64,000 bases of DNA from the human T2T-CHM13v2.0 reference genome, Homo sapiens: NCBI RefSeq assembly GCF_009914755.1, contig NC_060945.1; one strand, given 5' to 3'. The translations under genes were made by a program, and so were the position numbers. This document shows positions 28,125 to 42,724 of this stretch, in pieces. Below the pieces are notes generated by a model. That model saw only the letters and a list, made by a program, of their open reading frames with translations, did not search any database and was not told the DNA's origin. Position 1 is the stretch's first letter. Every line of letters begins with the position of its first letter.

Positions 28125-30793
28125 ATAGGATTCTCATTTCTTTTTTTTTTTCCTTTTGTCTCCGTGGGGTACAAAATCTCATTTCTTTTTGTGTATATTC
28201 TACAGGTATTTTCTTTGTGGTTACCATTGCAATTACATAAGACATCTTTAAATTATAGCATTCTATTTTAACTTAAACTTCAATTACGTAGTAAAACTTT
28301 ACTTCTTTACTTCCACCCCTTCACACTTTGTTATTGAAGTCACAAATTACATCTTTATATACTGTATATCCATTAATATACATTGTAGTTGTAATGTTTT
28401 TGTCATTTAAATTTTATGCACCAAAATTACAATAGTATTGGTTACTGTATTTGTCCATGTGCCTCCCTTTACAGGAGAACCTTATTTTTCCATACAGCTT
28501 AATGTTGCTATTTACTGTCTTTCTATTTCAACTTGAAGGACTCACTTTAGCATTTCTTGTAAAGCAGGCTAGTGGTAATGTACTCCCTCTACTTTTGTTT
28601 ATCTGGAAAAGTCTTAATTTCTTCTTCATTTTTGAAGGACAGTTTTGCCAGATCAAATATGCTTGGTTGACAGGGTTGTTTTTTTTTTTTTTTCTTTCAG
28701 CACTTAAAATATATCATTCCACTCCTTTCTGGCTTGCAAGGTTTCTGCTGAGAAAGCCACAGGTCTTATGAATCCTCCCTTGTATATGACAAATGGCTTT
28801 TCACTTGATGCTTTTAAGATTCTCTGTCTTCACTTTAGACAGTTTGATTAAAATGTGTCTTAGTGTGGTTCTCCTTGGATTTATCTGTATTTCATTTCTT
28901 TGAGCTTGAACTTGTATGGTCCATTTTTTTCCACAGATTTGGGAAACTGTTAGCAATTATTTCTTCAAATAAGCTCTTAGCCCCTTTCTCTCCCTCTTCT
29001 CCTTCTGGTATTCCTAGAATACTTGTATAAGTCTGCTTGATAGTGTTCCGTAAGTCCCTTAGTCTCGCTTCACTTTTCTTCATTCTTTTTTCTTTTTGCT
29101 CCTCTGACTCAGTGATTTCAAAAAAAGACAGTGACCTGTCTTCTTTTTTCCACCTCATCAAGTCTTCTGTTGCATGCCTTTAATGATATTTTCAGTTCAG
29201 TTATTGTATTTTTCAGCTCCAGAATGTTTGGCTCATTTTTATACTAATATCTCTTTGTTGATATGCTCATTTTGTTCTTGCTAAGTTTTTCTTATTTTGT
29301 TTAGTTGTCTATGTTCTCTTCTAGCTCATTAGGCATCTTTATGACAGATATTTTAAATTCTTTTTTAGACAGCTGATAGATGTGCATTTCTTTAGGGTCA
29401 GTTTCTGGAAATTTACTTTTGGTCCTTTGGTTGGGCTATGTTTTCCTGTTTCTTGTATGCCTTGTTTATTTGTGTGCTTTGCTAATATTTGGGCATTTGA
29501 AAAAAGAACCATCTCTCCCAGTCTTTGTGTACTGGCTGTGTACAGAGAAAGTTCTTCACTAACAAGCTGGCTAAAAAATCTAGGACCTCTTATGCTTTTT
29601 CTGATTTCCTGCTTCTCCTGGTGTCTTCCTGGAAAACTGTAGCTCTAATGTGCTGCTTGCCTCTGTTTTTAGTGGCTCCCAAACTCTGGCACCAGTCTCA
29701 TCACCGAGTCTGATGAGACTCAGGCAAGACAGAAACCAGCCCTTTGGGCAGACTCCAGACAGCCAGAACATCAGACTAATGATCCACTCTTTTGTTTCCA
29801 TCCCAAGAGAAGAGCCCCAGTATGGAGGCTTCCTCCCACTTAGGGGGCACCTTGCTATTTAGGGAAAGGGGAACAAACAGGCATGCCAAACATCGTGAAA
29901 TTTCCTATCCCTTTCATTGGAATCTCTTCCTAGTTTTACAATGGACTGGATACTGTAGCTTCTCAGTTGGTCTCCAGAGTTCTCACAGAGCCATTCTGGT
30001 CTGTATATTGTTGTTAACTCAGGGTCTCTATGGGGGAAAGAGGGCCTGTAGCTTCCTAGACTGCCATCTTGTTGAAGTCGTAGTCCAAACACCATTGATT
30101 TTTTAATGTTAACCTTATGGCCAGCAACTTAACTCACTTCTTATTCTATTTATACTTTCCTGGTTGTTCTTGAATGTACCAAGTCACAGTCTGTAGATAT
30201 TGACTGTTCTATATCTTCTTTTGTTATACCAGTGTTATTTTTCTTTATTCCTGCTGTCCAGGACCTTGGATGATATGTTACAGCACTGTCCATGTTTTCT
30301 TCCTGAATCTGAGAGAGATTGTGACTGAAGTTTCTCCATGATGTACAGTTTTTCCTACAGGGTTTTAGTAGGTAGCTTCATCATGCTAGGAAAATTCTGT
30401 TCTATTCCTATTGTCTTAGAGCCTTTTTATTATCATATATTGGTGTTACTTTATCAAATGTTTTATGTGTGTCTATTTTTAATAATGGTAAATAATTAAT
30501 AGATTTCCTGATGTTGACCACCTTTTTGCAATTTTGACATAAACCTTACTTTATTATAGTCACTCATTGTTTTAACATACTGTTTGATTTGGATGACTAA
30601 TATTTTACTTAGGATTTTTGTTTATAAGTTAAATAGGCCTATACTTTTTCTAAACTTTTTAATTGTTCTTATCTGATTTTGGAATCCAGGTTAATATAGC
30701 CTCATAAAGTGTGTTTGTCTTCTTGTTCTACTTTCTGAAGTCTCTTCTGTGAGACAGCAGTGTATAGAACCCAAGAGTGAAAACATCCAGTCC

Positions 30794-30836
<43 letters not shown>
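30794..30836. repeat. (AT)n followed by poly-T microsatellite
   Basis: About 14 AT units followed by T16. Confidence 0.95.
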
Positions 30837-31239
30837 GTAGTTATCTTCATGGTCATCCTCATCATTTTGGCAGGAGACCAGTCTAGTTGTAATTTCAGGT
30901 CCTTTTCTGGTTACTAGTTTCTTAAATTTTTGTTTCTTCTAGAACAAATTTTTAGCCTTCATATTATTCTAGAAATTTATCTAGAATTTGAAGGTTTGAG
31001 GCTTCTTTGAAATAAGCCAGTCGATTGTGGCATTCAGGCAGAGAAGGTGGATCTATAATTAGAGAATAGAGTAGTGGTAGTAAGAGAATGAGAGCTAAAA
31101 AAGAGTCAGCTAATGCAGTCAGAAAGAAGAATGCTAGAATTTTACTATAGTAGAGCTACAATAATTTCTGTGGTTATGGTTTCAAAGAGAAGGTATGGGA
31201 AGGAGTAACCAAATAAGGTGGACATTTGAAAATTATGAT

Positions 31240-31610
31240 GTATTGTATTTTACAAAGATAGCCCCACCCCAATGCCTCTCATCTAAAATCCTCTCCAACA
31301 ATGTGACCTTGCCACTGTACCATTAAGAGGTGACGTCTCTGTCCCATGCCCCTGAATCTGAGCCTGTCATGTGGCTGCTTTGAATAAGAGAATGTGGTGG
31401 AAGTAATGCAGTGCTAGTTCTGGCATAGCCTTAATTGGCCTGACAACTTCCATTTCTTGCCTCTTGGTGGCAGCCACCATGTGAGAGTTGTGACTACCTT
31501 GAGACCACCGGGCTATAAGAAGCTGCCCCTCCGTGTAGAGAGGCCCTGGAAGATGAGATGCCACTTGAAGACAGAGAGAGGGCAAGGAACAGTGAAGCAC
31601 CAAATGTGTA
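31240..31610 (+). mobile_element. MLT1-type MaLR LTR fragment
   Basis: Motifs ccattaagaggtga, ggcagccaccatgtgagag and actaccttgagacc. Confidence 0.6.
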
Positions 31611-33054
31611 AGAAAAGAGTTCACCTGGAAAATGGAAGAGAGAAGACAAAATTACCAATATCGGAATGGGAGAGGTGAAATTACCACAGATGCTACAGAT
31701 ACTAAAAGGATTGTGAAGAGAAATTATAAACAAGGCTATGCCAATTGACAATTTAGATGAAATGGACATATTTCCTGAAAGACACATACTACCAAAGCTC
31801 ACTTAAGAAGAAGTAGATAACTTGGGCTATCTATATGTATTAGAGAAAATGAATTTGTAATTTAAAGCCTTTCCCACCAAAAATGACAACAAAAGAAAAA
31901 CCCCAAGCTCAGATGGCTTCACTATTGAATTCCAAACATTTAAGGAAGAAATACCCATTTTGCACAAAATATTCCAAAATTGAAGTGAAAGAGATACTTC
32001 CCAACTCATTCTGTGAGGCCAGCATTTCCCTGGTTCCAAAACCAGATGAAGACACCACAAGAAAATAAAACTACATGTTAAAATGTGTCATGAACATAGA
32101 TCCAAAAGTTCTAGCAAAACTTTAGCAAACCAAATACAGCATCATGACCAAGTAGGGGCTATCCCAGGAATTCCAAGCTAAATGAAACATTTGAAAAATC
32201 AATATAATTCACCATATTAACAAACTAAAAAAGACACAGAAAAGGCATTTTGCAAAATCCAACATGTGTTCCTCATAAAAACTCATAGCAAAATAGAAAT
32301 AGAAGGAAACCTTCTCAACCTGATAAAGGAAATCTATGAAAAATCTACAGGTAATGTCATTCTTAACAGGGAAGGACTGAATGTGTTTGCCTAAGATCAG
32401 GAACAAAACAAGATTGTCTGTCTCCCCACTTCTGTTCAACATTGTATTGGAAGTTCTAGCCAGTGCTATAAGGTCCTAAGAAATCAGTGGTATCCATATT
32501 GAAAAGGAAAAAGTAAAACTGTCTTTATTTGCAGACATACTTATCTATGTAGGAAATGAGATGGATATTATACAAAACTATGAGAATGAATGAATGATTT
32601 TAGCATTGTGGCAAAATATAAGATCCAAAATGTAAAATACAAAATCAGTTATATTTTTTACACCTGCAACAAGCAGTTGAAATTGAAATGTGTAAAGCAA
32701 TACACTGAAAGCTGTATATTGAAAACTGTAACACATTGCCTAGAGAAATTAAAGAACTAAATAAATGGAGAGATACATCATGGTCACTGGTTGGAAAACT
32801 CATTATTGTCAAGATACCAGTTTTCACCAGATTGATCTATAGACTCAATGCAATCCTAATCAAAATCTCAACAGGATTTTTTGGAGAAATTGACAAACTG
32901 ATTCCAAAATCCATATGGAAATGCAAAGGACATAGAATAGGTAAAACAACTTTCAAAAGGAAGAACAAAGTAAAAGGCTAATACTACCTGATTTCAAGAT
33001 AGTAATTAAGAAAGTATGATTTTGGCATAAAGATAAGTATACAAACAAGTGATT

Positions 33055-35120
33055 CCTTATTATTTAGAGTGGTTTTAGGTTTATAGGAAAATTGAGTGGT
33101 AGATACAGAATTTCCCATATACCCAGTGCCCTCACGTATGCACAGCCTCCCCATCATCAGCATCTCCCACTCTAGTGCTATATTCATTACAATCGAAGAC
33201 ACATCATCATCACCCAAAGCCCACAGTTTACAATGGCGCTCACTCTTGATGCTGCACATTGTCTGGCTTTGGACAAATGTATAATGACCTGTATCCACCA
33301 TCACAGTGTGAGACCAGAGTAGTTTCACTGCCCTAAAAATCCTCTGTACTCTGCCTGTTCACCCCCTCTCACCTCCTAACCTCTACTCTGCCTGTTCACC
33401 CCTCTCACCTCTTAACCTCTGTATTCTGCCTGTTCACCCCTCTCACCTCCTAACCTCTGTACTCTGCCTGTTCACCCCTCTCACCTCCTAACCTCTGTAC
33501 TCTGCCTGTTCACCCCTCTCACCTCCTAACCTCTGGCAACAGCTAATCTTCTTAATGTCTTTGTAGTTTTGCCTTTTCCAGAATGTGATCTAGTTGGAAT
33601 CATACAGTATGTAGCCTTTTCAGATTGGCTTTTTACACATAGTAATTTACATTCAAGATTCTTTGATGCCTTTTCATGGCTTGATAGCTCATTTTTTTTA
33701 AGTGCTAAATAATAGTTTGGATGTGCCACAGTTTATTCATTCACTTCCTGAAGGTTCATTGCTTCCACGCTTTGGCAATTACAAATAAAGCAGCTATAAA
33801 TATCTGTGTGCAGGTTTTTTTGTGGACATGAGTTTTCAAGTCCTTTGGGTAAGTACCAAGGAGCACGAATGCTGGGTAGTATGGTGAGGATATGTTGAGT
33901 TTTGTCAGAAACTGCCAAACTGTCCTTCAAAGTGGCTGCACTGTTTTGCATTCCCACCAACAATGAATGTTGTCCCACATTGTCACCAGTATTCAGTGTT
34001 GTCAGCAGTTCTGGTTTTGGGCCATTCTAATACACATGTAGTAGTATCTCGTTTTAATTTGCAGATTCCTAATGACATATGATGTGGAGCATCTTTTCAT
34101 GTGTTTATTTGCCATCTGTATATCTTCTTGAATGACGTGTCTGTTAAATTTTTTTGGCCAATTTTTAATCAGGTTGTTCATTTTCTTATTGTTGAGTTTA
34201 GAGAGTTTTTTGTATATTTGGAAGAGTTCTTCATAGATTTATCAGATATGTCTTTTGCAAATATTTTCTCCTAGTCTGTGGCTTGTCTTTTCACTCCCTT
34301 GTCTTTCACAGAGTAGAACTTTTTAATTTTAATAAAGTCCAGCAAATCAGTTATTTCTGTCATAGATTGTGCCTTTGATGTTACATCTGAAAAGTCATCA
34401 CCAAACCCAAGATCATCTAGATTTTCTTCTGTGTTATCTTCTAGGAATTTTATAGTTTTGCATTTTACATTTAGGTTGTGACCTACTTTGAGTTAATTTT
34501 TGTGAAGGGTGTAAAACCTATGCCTAGATTCTTTTTTTTTTTTTCTGCATGTTTATGTCCATTGGTTCTAGCACTGTTTGTAGAAAATACTACCTTTTGT
34601 CCATTTCATTGTCTTTGCTCTTTTGTCAAAGATCAGTTGACTGTATTTATGTAGGTCTGTTTCTAGACTTTTTATTCTGTCCCATTGATCTATTTGTGTA
34701 TTCTTTCACCAATACCATGCTGTCCTGATTACTCTAGTATAGTAAGTCTTTAAGTCAGGTAATGTTAGTATTACAGCTTCATTATATTCCTTCAATACTG
34801 TGTTTGCTCTTCTGGATTTCCCTTTTTATATCAGCCTTAGGAACAGTTCATCAATATCTACAAAATAACTTGTTGAAATATTGATTGGGATTGTGTTGAA
34901 TCTCTATGTCAAGTTGGACAGAACCAACGCTGAGTCTTCCTAGCCATAAATATGGAATATCCATTTATTTAGTTCTTTGATTTCTTTCTTTGGAATTTTA
35001 TAGTTTTACTTATACAGATCTTGTACATACTTTGTCAAATTTATACCTAAATATTTCAGTTTTGGGGGTGTTAGTGTAAATGATGTTGTGTTTTTAATTT
35101 CCAATTCTGCTGTTCATTGC
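33055..35120 (-). mobile_element. L1MC1-like element, antisense, nested in the sense L1
   Basis: Its 3' end tttagagtggttttaggttta...acacatcatcatcacccaaag resembles the recalled L1MC1 3' end. Confidence 0.8.
33341..33535. repeat. ~38-bp minisatellite, five copies
   Basis: CCTCTGTACTCTGCCTGTTCACCCCTCTCACCTCCTAA units of 39, 36, 38, 38 and 38 bp. Confidence 0.95.
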
Positions 35121-35836
35121 TGGTCACAGTTAATTTTTGACCAAGGCACAAAGGCAATTCAGTGGAGAAAGAATAGTCTTTTCAACAGTGATGCTGAAAT
35201 AAGTGGATATCCCTGTGCAGAAAAAAAAAAAGCAAAAAAAATCAAGCAACCAAACAAATGGACTTCACTTATATTTTGCACCTTATACAAAATGAATTTG
35301 TAATGGGCCATAGACCTAAATGCATAAAAATTCTGGAAACAGGAGATAATGTTTGTGACATTGAGTTAGGCAAGTTTTTAGCTACACTAAAAAAGACTTT
35401 CCATAAAAGGAAAAAAACTGTCAAAGTTTAAAAATTACTTCTTTCAAAAGGCACTGTTTAAACAGTGAGAAATAAACTGACAAACAGGGAGAAAATGTTT
35501 GCAAATCATATATCTAATAAACGATTGGTATCCACAATCCACTGTTACTCTCAAAACGCAACAAGGGGAAAATAGTTTTTAAAATGGGCAAAATGTTTGA
35601 ATGGACACTTCACCAAAAAAAGATACACAAATGTGAAATAAGCACATGAAAAGCTGGTCAACACCATTAGTCACTGATGAAATGCAAAGGAGATGCCACA
35701 ACACATCTCTTGGAGTGGCTGAAATTAAAAAGACTGGCCAAACCAAATGTTGACAGTGATATGGAGGAACTGGTACTGTCATCCACTGTGGCTAGGTATG
35801 TAAATAGAACAATCACTTTTAAAGACAGTTTGACAC

Positions 35837-36133
<297 letters not shown>

Positions 36134-36143
36134 TTACAGATAT

Positions 36144-36441
<298 letters not shown>

Positions 36442-37416
36442 TTACAGATATGCCTGCCATGTAGCCTAGCCATTTCACTCCTAGTGGTTTACCAAAGAGA
36501 AATGAAAGCGTATGTCCACGCAGACTTGTAAATGAATGTTTGTAGGACTTTCTTTGTAATAGACAAAATAGTCAAAAACTGGAAGCAATCCACGCGGCCA
36601 TCAACCGGTAAATAGATAGAACAGACGGTGGCATATCCATGCAGTGGAGTACTACTGGGTGAAAAAAAGAACAGTGATACACACTACAGCATAGAGAAAT
36701 CTCAAAATAATTACGCAGAGTGAAAGAAGCCAGATGAAAAAGAGGAATTACCATACAGTCCCATTTGTATATATCTCGGGAGAATGCAGACTAAGCTGCA
36801 GTGGCAGAAAGCAGGTCAGTTATTGCCTAGTGGGGACAGAACGAGATGTAAGGAGACAGGAGGTTTGGGGAGTGAGGTCACATGGGTACATACAAATGTC
36901 AAAACTTACCACAGTGTCCCTTTAAGCGTGTGCAGTTTATTGTATGTCAGTTGTACCGCAGTAACTCCAGGGGAAGAAATCACATGAGAAAATGCTTATA
37001 TAAGTAAATGACAGAAAGCACCACAACTATATGAATTAGAAAAATTCAAATAAGTTAGAAGGATGCAAACAGTAAAGTTAAGAGCAGAAATTAGTTTTGT
37101 AAGCAACAAAGATGTAGCAGTGAGCAGTAACAAAGCCTCTAAGATGTCAGTACTTAGAGCAGGCAGGTTGATTAAAGTCAACAGAACCGGTGAGGCTGAT
37201 CAAGAAGACAGAAGGCACTACCAAAACGTATCTGGAATGAAAACACGGATATCCTTCAGGGTCCAGCAGAGATTGCTACAGTGGAGAGTCCTAGACACTT
37301 CAGCACTGATAGGTTTTAAAACTGAGACAAAATAGAACATTTTCTAGAAAAGTGTACATTGCTAAAAGTGACTTAAGCATATGCAGAAAATTGGAATAGA
37401 ACTCTGCCTATTAAAT

Positions 37417-37453
37417 CACACACACACACACACACACACATACACACACACAC
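37417..37453. repeat. (CA)n microsatellite
   Basis: Interrupted CA run. Confidence 0.95.
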
Positions 37454-40400
37454 AGAGAATAAATTAAGAAAATAGAAGGAAGGAGAGTCTGTGGAGAGAG
37501 GGGAAGTGGTTGGCCCAGACAACATTGAGTGAGTTCTAGACATCGTTTGTGGGATGATGATCCCCATTTTATGTAATATTTTCCAAGGATAGAAAAGTAG
37601 GGAATAATTCTGCAGCTCATTGTGTGGCTCATAACTCAAAGGTTACTACAACCTTTATCTCCACACCAGACAAGGACAGTAAAGGAAAACAAAACAACAA
37701 CATGTCATGGAAATACACATTTATACACTTACATTATCTTTAAAAATTTAGCAAGCCAAATTCTATTTTATATTTTTTAAAGCTTCATTAATTCCTCTTA
37801 AATCTATCATTTCAATGTGATTTTAATAAAAATCTTATTTTTTCATAGTACTTAAAAGTTGAATCCCAACATGGCAATAGAAAACTAACAATATAAAACC
37901 ATAGTAATCAAAAGTGAGTGGTAATTTTCGGCAGAACAGTGGCACAACATACAATCTGAAAAGACCTGCAGACCCATGGGGCAGCACTGGTGATCAGGCC
38001 TGCCCGTGTTTAAAAGAAAATGTAAACTAGATGGAGGCTTGTCTCTCTCACAGAAAATTAAGTCCAAAAATAGGTGGCCCAGAGAAGCTCTGGTGGCTCC
38101 ATGGTCTGGAGCCTGATCCCTCTTTGTCCCGCACCATCTAAGAGGTCTCTTCTGAGTTCAGGGTCTTCATAATCCCTAGAGCTGACGAAATCCCTGAGTA
38201 CCCAGTCTGAATTCCAGGCACAGGGACACTTCAGCCAGCTCAGCTCATCATCCAGAGCTCAGGCACAGGGCTCCACTCGCTATGGGGCAGCTGGGGTGGC
38301 CGGGCTTACACACTCAGCCACCTGGAAGAGGACTGGGGCTCTGTCATGCAGGAGGAAGGGAAGAAAGGCAGGGCTGCAGCCAGCAGTCTGTGCTAGACGT
38401 GGTGCTCGCAGAAGACATGGACAAAGTAGCCAACGACCAGTCCTGGAGAAACAGGCTGTCTGTGCAGAGAAGCAGCCCACCATACACTATCCAAAGCACA
38501 TGCTAGGACAGTTAAGGACCTGAGTATGCAGAGCAGTGCCTGGCAGTTGCAGGGTTCTTCAATAAGGCACAGAAAACCCCAATTATAAAGAAAAGTGAAT
38601 AAATTTGACTAAATTAAAATTTCAGGAATTATTTACTATAACCCACATATTTGGAAAAGAAAAGCCACATATTGGGAAGAGATTTCTGATGTCTCATGTG
38701 ACCAACAAAGGATTCGACTTGGTTACAGGCTGACTCCTGCACCTGCATAGCACAGAGCCATCCATTTGGAGGATCCTTGCTGGGGCGTGGGGATGTCACA
38801 CACATAAATGCAGGAGTCGGGGCTCATGGACCTGAACCCTTCAGATCCAAGCCTTTTATTATATAGTAATTAGACTTTACCTCAAGGAAGAAACAAACAC
38901 AAGCTGATAGAACCTAGCATGGGTGGGCCAAGAAATAGCAAATGGCCAGAAAAGTTGCCCGGAAAGAGCCCTGGTGGCCAAAATGATGCCAGTTGGCTGC
39001 AGCTGTGTCCCTGCTCTGGGAGAGTTGAGAGTGGGGAGCAGCCACCTTGGAGGGCCAGGTGGATGGGGCTGGGTGAGGCTGAACTGTTCCCCTTACACAG
39101 GACACAGTGACAGGCAGAGGGCCCAGGGCCATGGTAGGTTGGGGGTGGGGTGGGAGCCACAGCACTGCCATTGGAGGTCACCAGGGTGTCCATCCCACTG
39201 GCAGGCAGTTTGGCGGTGAATGCAGCCCCAGAGAGTTGTCCACAAGACCATGGGGTGAGAGGCTCCCATGGGGTTGGCCACCCCACGGTGATTATGTTGG
39301 CGCGGGAGCCGTGGGAAGGAACGAGAGTCTTGGTTCAGATGACCTCGGCCTGTGTCCTCAGCTGCACAGAGCTGTGGGAACAAACAAGACCATCCAGAGG
39401 AGGACCAGCAGCCTGTCTATTCAGAGTCGGCTATGGCAAGGGGGCCAGAGCACTGTGTTGGGCAGACTCAAAGGCACGCACAGGAAGGGGGATGGCTTTA
39501 TTGTAGGGAAAGGGGGAGGCTTTGGGTATGTTCTGATGGAGGTAGGGGAAGCCAAGATGGGCTCTGCAGAAGGTGGCCTCCCGTGCAGCTGCTTGAAGAA
39601 CCCAGGGGCATCTCTGGCTGGTCCTGGGTTGAAAGCAGGAAGGAATGGGCGTGGGGCAACCACTAGGAAGCTGTAGTCCTTCCTGAAAGCCTGGCTGACT
39701 GGGCCGAGTGCTGTGGAGGCTGTGGTTTGGGTCAGAGTAGTTCTCCTGCCCTGTGTGGTCTGGCCGACGTCTGTCTGCAGCTCAGTCTCTCAGGCCGGGC
39801 CCTTTACTGAATCAGGGGACAGATCAGATGATAGCAGTCTGGACTCTGTTCCTAAAGAAATGGCACAAGGAAAATGAAAGACGAAGAAGGCCAGGCACAG
39901 ATGCCTAGACCCGGGTGCACTGAGCCGAGGCCATGCTGTGAGAGTGGGGACACCTGTAGGTTCCTTGGGTGTCAGCCAAACACACTTCATGGCACGCTGT
40001 GAGTGGGCACCTCCCATGGGGTCCGCAGGACAGGTGGCTGTGGACATGTAGTGGGTATCTCTAGGAGACGTCCTGCCTGCAGTCTTGGCAGAGCTTTACT
40101 TGTTTTATTCGCATGGACGCTGACTGTGTCTGACACCCTCTCGCTGGCGCTAGGCGATTTCATCCTGATGAAGTTTGTCCCAGCTGTCCTTTGTGAGGTG
40201 CATTAGTGGAAGCTGGTGCCACACCATTTCCCACCCAGGGCCTCTGCAGAGCTGTAGACACTCTTGGAATTCTCTTTCAAAGCATACGTTCAGAATTAAT
40301 GACTCCTAACAAATGAAGGTTTCTGCAGGATCACTGCTTTAAAGTTTGCCCAGAAGACCTAATTCAGCTTAAAGATGCTGAGTCCATAGAGGCTTCTAAT

Positions 40401-40529
40401 CTGTAGAAGAAAGGGGCCTGTGTTTCTTAGAGGTATTGAATCATTTCATGCTTTTTCTGTAAGTTAGGGAAACCTTCATTTTCATTTCCATTTTGGAAGG
40501 TGGAAGGAATGTGTCATAGGAATTGGAGG

Positions 40530-41320
40530 ATTTGTCCATTCGACACATATTTATTGATCTTCTGTATGTGCCAGGTACATATTGTAAGTGCTGGGATAGG
40601 TCAGTAAAGAAAGCAGACAGAAACCTCTTCCTGCACTGGGGTAGGATGGGAGCAGAGAGTCCAACATGGATCTGTAAATTATGTGGAAGTCAGAATGGGG
40701 TTGGAGGGCTTGGGCGGCAGGGAAGGGAGACCTCAGGCAGCAGGTAAGCAAAAGGCTTGAGTGGCTGGGAAGGGAGGCCTCCCTCAGAACGGCTTTTGTA
40801 CAGGGACCTAAAGTGGGGGCAGCCATGGCTGCCTCTGGGATTGGTGTTCCAGCTGGTGGACCTGTGGACAGAAGCTTTGGGCAAGCAGCAAGGAGGTCCC
40901 TGAGGGTGGCCAGAAGCTTGGGGACAGGTGCAGGGTGAGAGGTGACAGGGCTGGGGGATCTGGCCGGAGGACTGCTGGCATTTTCTTGGGAGCCACTGGA
41001 CTGTTTTGTGCCAGGGAATGGCCTGTGCTGGCCCACGTGTTCACAGGGGTCAAGAGGAGAGGGCTTGGGGCAGGCACCGGGTTCCCCTTAGGAGAGGGCG
41101 TCATGACACAGGCAGGGGGGCATGACTTGACCCATGGCGTAGCAGTGGCAGTGGCCAGAAGTCAGGTCCTATATCTCTTCCAAAAGTGGATCCCAGGTGA
41201 TCTGCTGATGACTGCTGTGACAGGGATGAGCAGGGTGAGGGTGACCCCAGAGTGGGGACTGAGCAGCTGGAGGTCAGTGCTGGGGCATATCCAGAATGAG
41301 GCGTAAACAGGTGAGGTTGG
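40530..41320. mobile_element. L2-like fragments
   Basis: cattcgacacatatttattga...tatgtgccagg, a typical L2 terminus; degenerate downstream. Confidence 0.5.
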
Positions 41321-41621
41321 CGGCTGTTTGTCATGTGCTGCCTACCCCACTTGCCAGCTCTGCCCTGCTAGGCTCTTGAGGGGGCATGGAGTGGCCCTGA
41401 GACTTCAGGCCTCCAAATACAACTGTGGGCATTGTCAGGCAGAGGCTGTGCCACGGAGTGAGTGACAGAGGGGGGATATATGGAGGCTGGTTCCAGTCTG
41501 GGCGTCAGCCTCCTCCAGTCTCAAGTCCTGCCACATCCGCAGATCTAAGCCCGAATGTTTCTCATCTGCCCTGGCCTCCCTGTCCCCACACTGCCCAGTC
41601 GACCTTCATTTCTGACCTGTA

Positions 41622-41974
41622 CTGCTGAGCGTCTTCCCCTGCAGCGTGTGCTGAGCATCTTCCCCTGCAGTGCGTGCCACACTGTGCTGAGCGTCTAACC
41701 CTGCAGCGCGTGCCACACTGTGCTGAGCATCTTCCCCTGCAGCCTGTGCCACACTGTGCTGAGCGTCTTCCCCTGCAGCCTGTGCCACACTGTGCTGAGC
41801 GTCTTCCCCTGAAGCGCATGCCACACTGTGCTGAGCGTCTAACCCTGCAGCGCGTGCCACACTGTGCTGAGCATCTTCCCTTGCAGCCTGTGCCACACTG
41901 TGCTGAGCGTCTTCCCCTGCAGCGTGTGCCACACTGCTGAGCGTGTAACCCTGCAGCGCGTGCCACACTGCTGA
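41622..41974. repeat. 36-bp GC-rich minisatellite, ~9.5 copies
   Basis: TGTGCTGAGC(G/A)TCT(TC/AA)CCCTGCAGCGCGTGCCACAC, period 36 from 41647. Confidence 0.97.
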
Positions 41975-42724
41975 CGCCACTTCGTAAAATGCGCATGCGC
42001 CAGCCCCTCCCCTGAGACACTCCATGAAATTAGATTGGGCCACTCCAGAGGCCTCTCTCTGCCATCTGAATACCGCCCCCTCCCTCATCAAGCTCCTGGC
42101 TGCTTAGGGGCCCCTGCCCTGCCCCTCTGCCCTGGCTGCCCTTGCTGCTGTCCTGTGTCCCCTGCCCCCCAGGCTGGGACATGCGTTCCTCCCTCAGCCT
42201 CACAGCCCCCTCCTTTGGGGCTAAGCTTCAGGGTCACCCCAGGAGCATTCCTTCAAGTACATACACCCCTTTTTCTTTTTCACAGAACCCCGCCCTTTCT
42301 CCCAAATTGATTTTACCTCAATTTATAGTTCTTCATTTGTCTTTTTATTGCATTATTGTTTAGCTCCTGAGCTGTATCTCCCCCCAGGTACTTCACACCC
42401 TGTGTATGTAGCGCCCAGCAAAGGGTGCTCCAGACACAGCAACTCCCAGGCTGAGCAGAGCATCTCTGCTCTTTGTGGGGCTCAGAAAGAGAGAACAGGC
42501 ATATTGTGAAGGCATGTGTGTGTTGGAGCTGATAATGAATACCTAAGTTGCCATTGGCATGCATCATTGGTGTCATGCATGTCAGCTGCACACGTGCAGT
42601 CGCTGTAAATCCCCACACCCTACCTGCCTGTGCATTCAGTGCCATTGTCACTTGCAGAGAACAGGAAATAAGCAGTTTAATGTTTTGAAGGACCTCTTGA
42701 AGAGCTGTCCTTTTTTAAGAAGTA

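Noticed and set aside
38880-39790. Overlapping ORFs of up to 189 aa and a possible LTR relic
   Set aside because: No domain similarity, and I could not assign a repeat family or boundaries with confidence.
41562-42091. Repetitive 12-aa-unit proteins, or a CRISPR-like array
   Set aside because: These are head-to-tail tandem units with no unique spacers. The ORFs follow from a period divisible by 3.
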